Shown: piece after piece, positions 63,599 to 64,000 of the stretch | Position numbering within the stretch: the stretch's first letter is position 1 | Layout of the letters: each line of letters opens with the position of its first letter | NCBI RefSeq assembly: GCF_006345805.1 | Contig: NC_043000.1 | Location: 2,790,001-2,854,000, forward strand | Direction of reading: 5' to 3' | Length of the DNA stretch: 64,000 bases | Source of the DNA: Octopus sinensis | Taxonomy: Eukaryota | Translations under genes and position numbers: made by a program | The notes under the pieces: generated by a model | The model's input: the letters and a program-made list of their open reading frames with translations, nothing else | Told to the model about the DNA's origin: nothing | Databases searched by the model: none

Positions 63599-64000
63599 TA
63601 TCACACTACAGTTGTATACGTGAGTAGGTTACTATTTGTATAAGCGTTGGCCTTACCATTGCTCCGCTTATATCAAGCTCTATTTTAAAAGACTTTTGAC
63701 CACCATCCAGTGTCCCCTTCCCTGCTTAATATCTTTTCCCTTATTTCCTCTCACACCACTTCCCTTTCATCCTGCTCCCTCACTCCACACATTGCCCCCA
63801 CACTTCCTCTTCCCTGTTTCTGTCCTCTTCATTCACTGCCACCAGCAAGGACATTAATATCTTTTTCAACTTCCACTGAAGGGCAAAAACCCGAGACATT
63901 AAACTTACCTCCCCTCATAGTAATCAAATGCATCGATGTCTTCCTCACACTAATTATGAAGTTATATCGTTCAGAGCCCCCAAAATTATACGAGAAACAT

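Noticed and set aside
63909-63949. Minus-strand micro-exon CEEDIDAFDYYEG with GAG|GTAAGT donor
   Set aside because: Weak acceptor, very short and at the window edge; no independent support.

Overview
Repeat-saturated, AT-rich animal genomic DNA. The SINE families and microsatellite load suggest a coleoid cephalopod such as Octopus (inference from recall, not a database result). I can support no intact host protein-coding gene. Nearly all supplied ORFs come from microsatellites or SINEs, and the only recognisable protein remnants are from transposons (two mariner transposases, a hAT C-terminus, CR1/L2, RTE and R4/Dong LINE fragments). The window also holds many tRNA-derived SINEs (working labels S1-S5), Helitrons, hAT, piggyBac and other MITEs, a solo LTR, four degenerate 21-28 bp minisatellites and a 1366-bp tandem duplication. 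Best leads: (1) short (TA)n-embedded Penelope-like elements carrying a minimal hammerhead ribozyme, intact at 35007-35041 on the minus strand; (2) a (TAA)n-embedded non-coding retroelement family next to R4/Dong fragments; (3) a 28-nt 5' U6 snRNA fragment; (4) a 3.8-kb strand-skewed 25-bp array containing a telomeric seed; (5) templated and inverted duplications; (6) a CpG-poor to CpG-retaining transition near 47 kb. Element ends defined by TSD or TIR were counted by hand; other boundaries are approximate.
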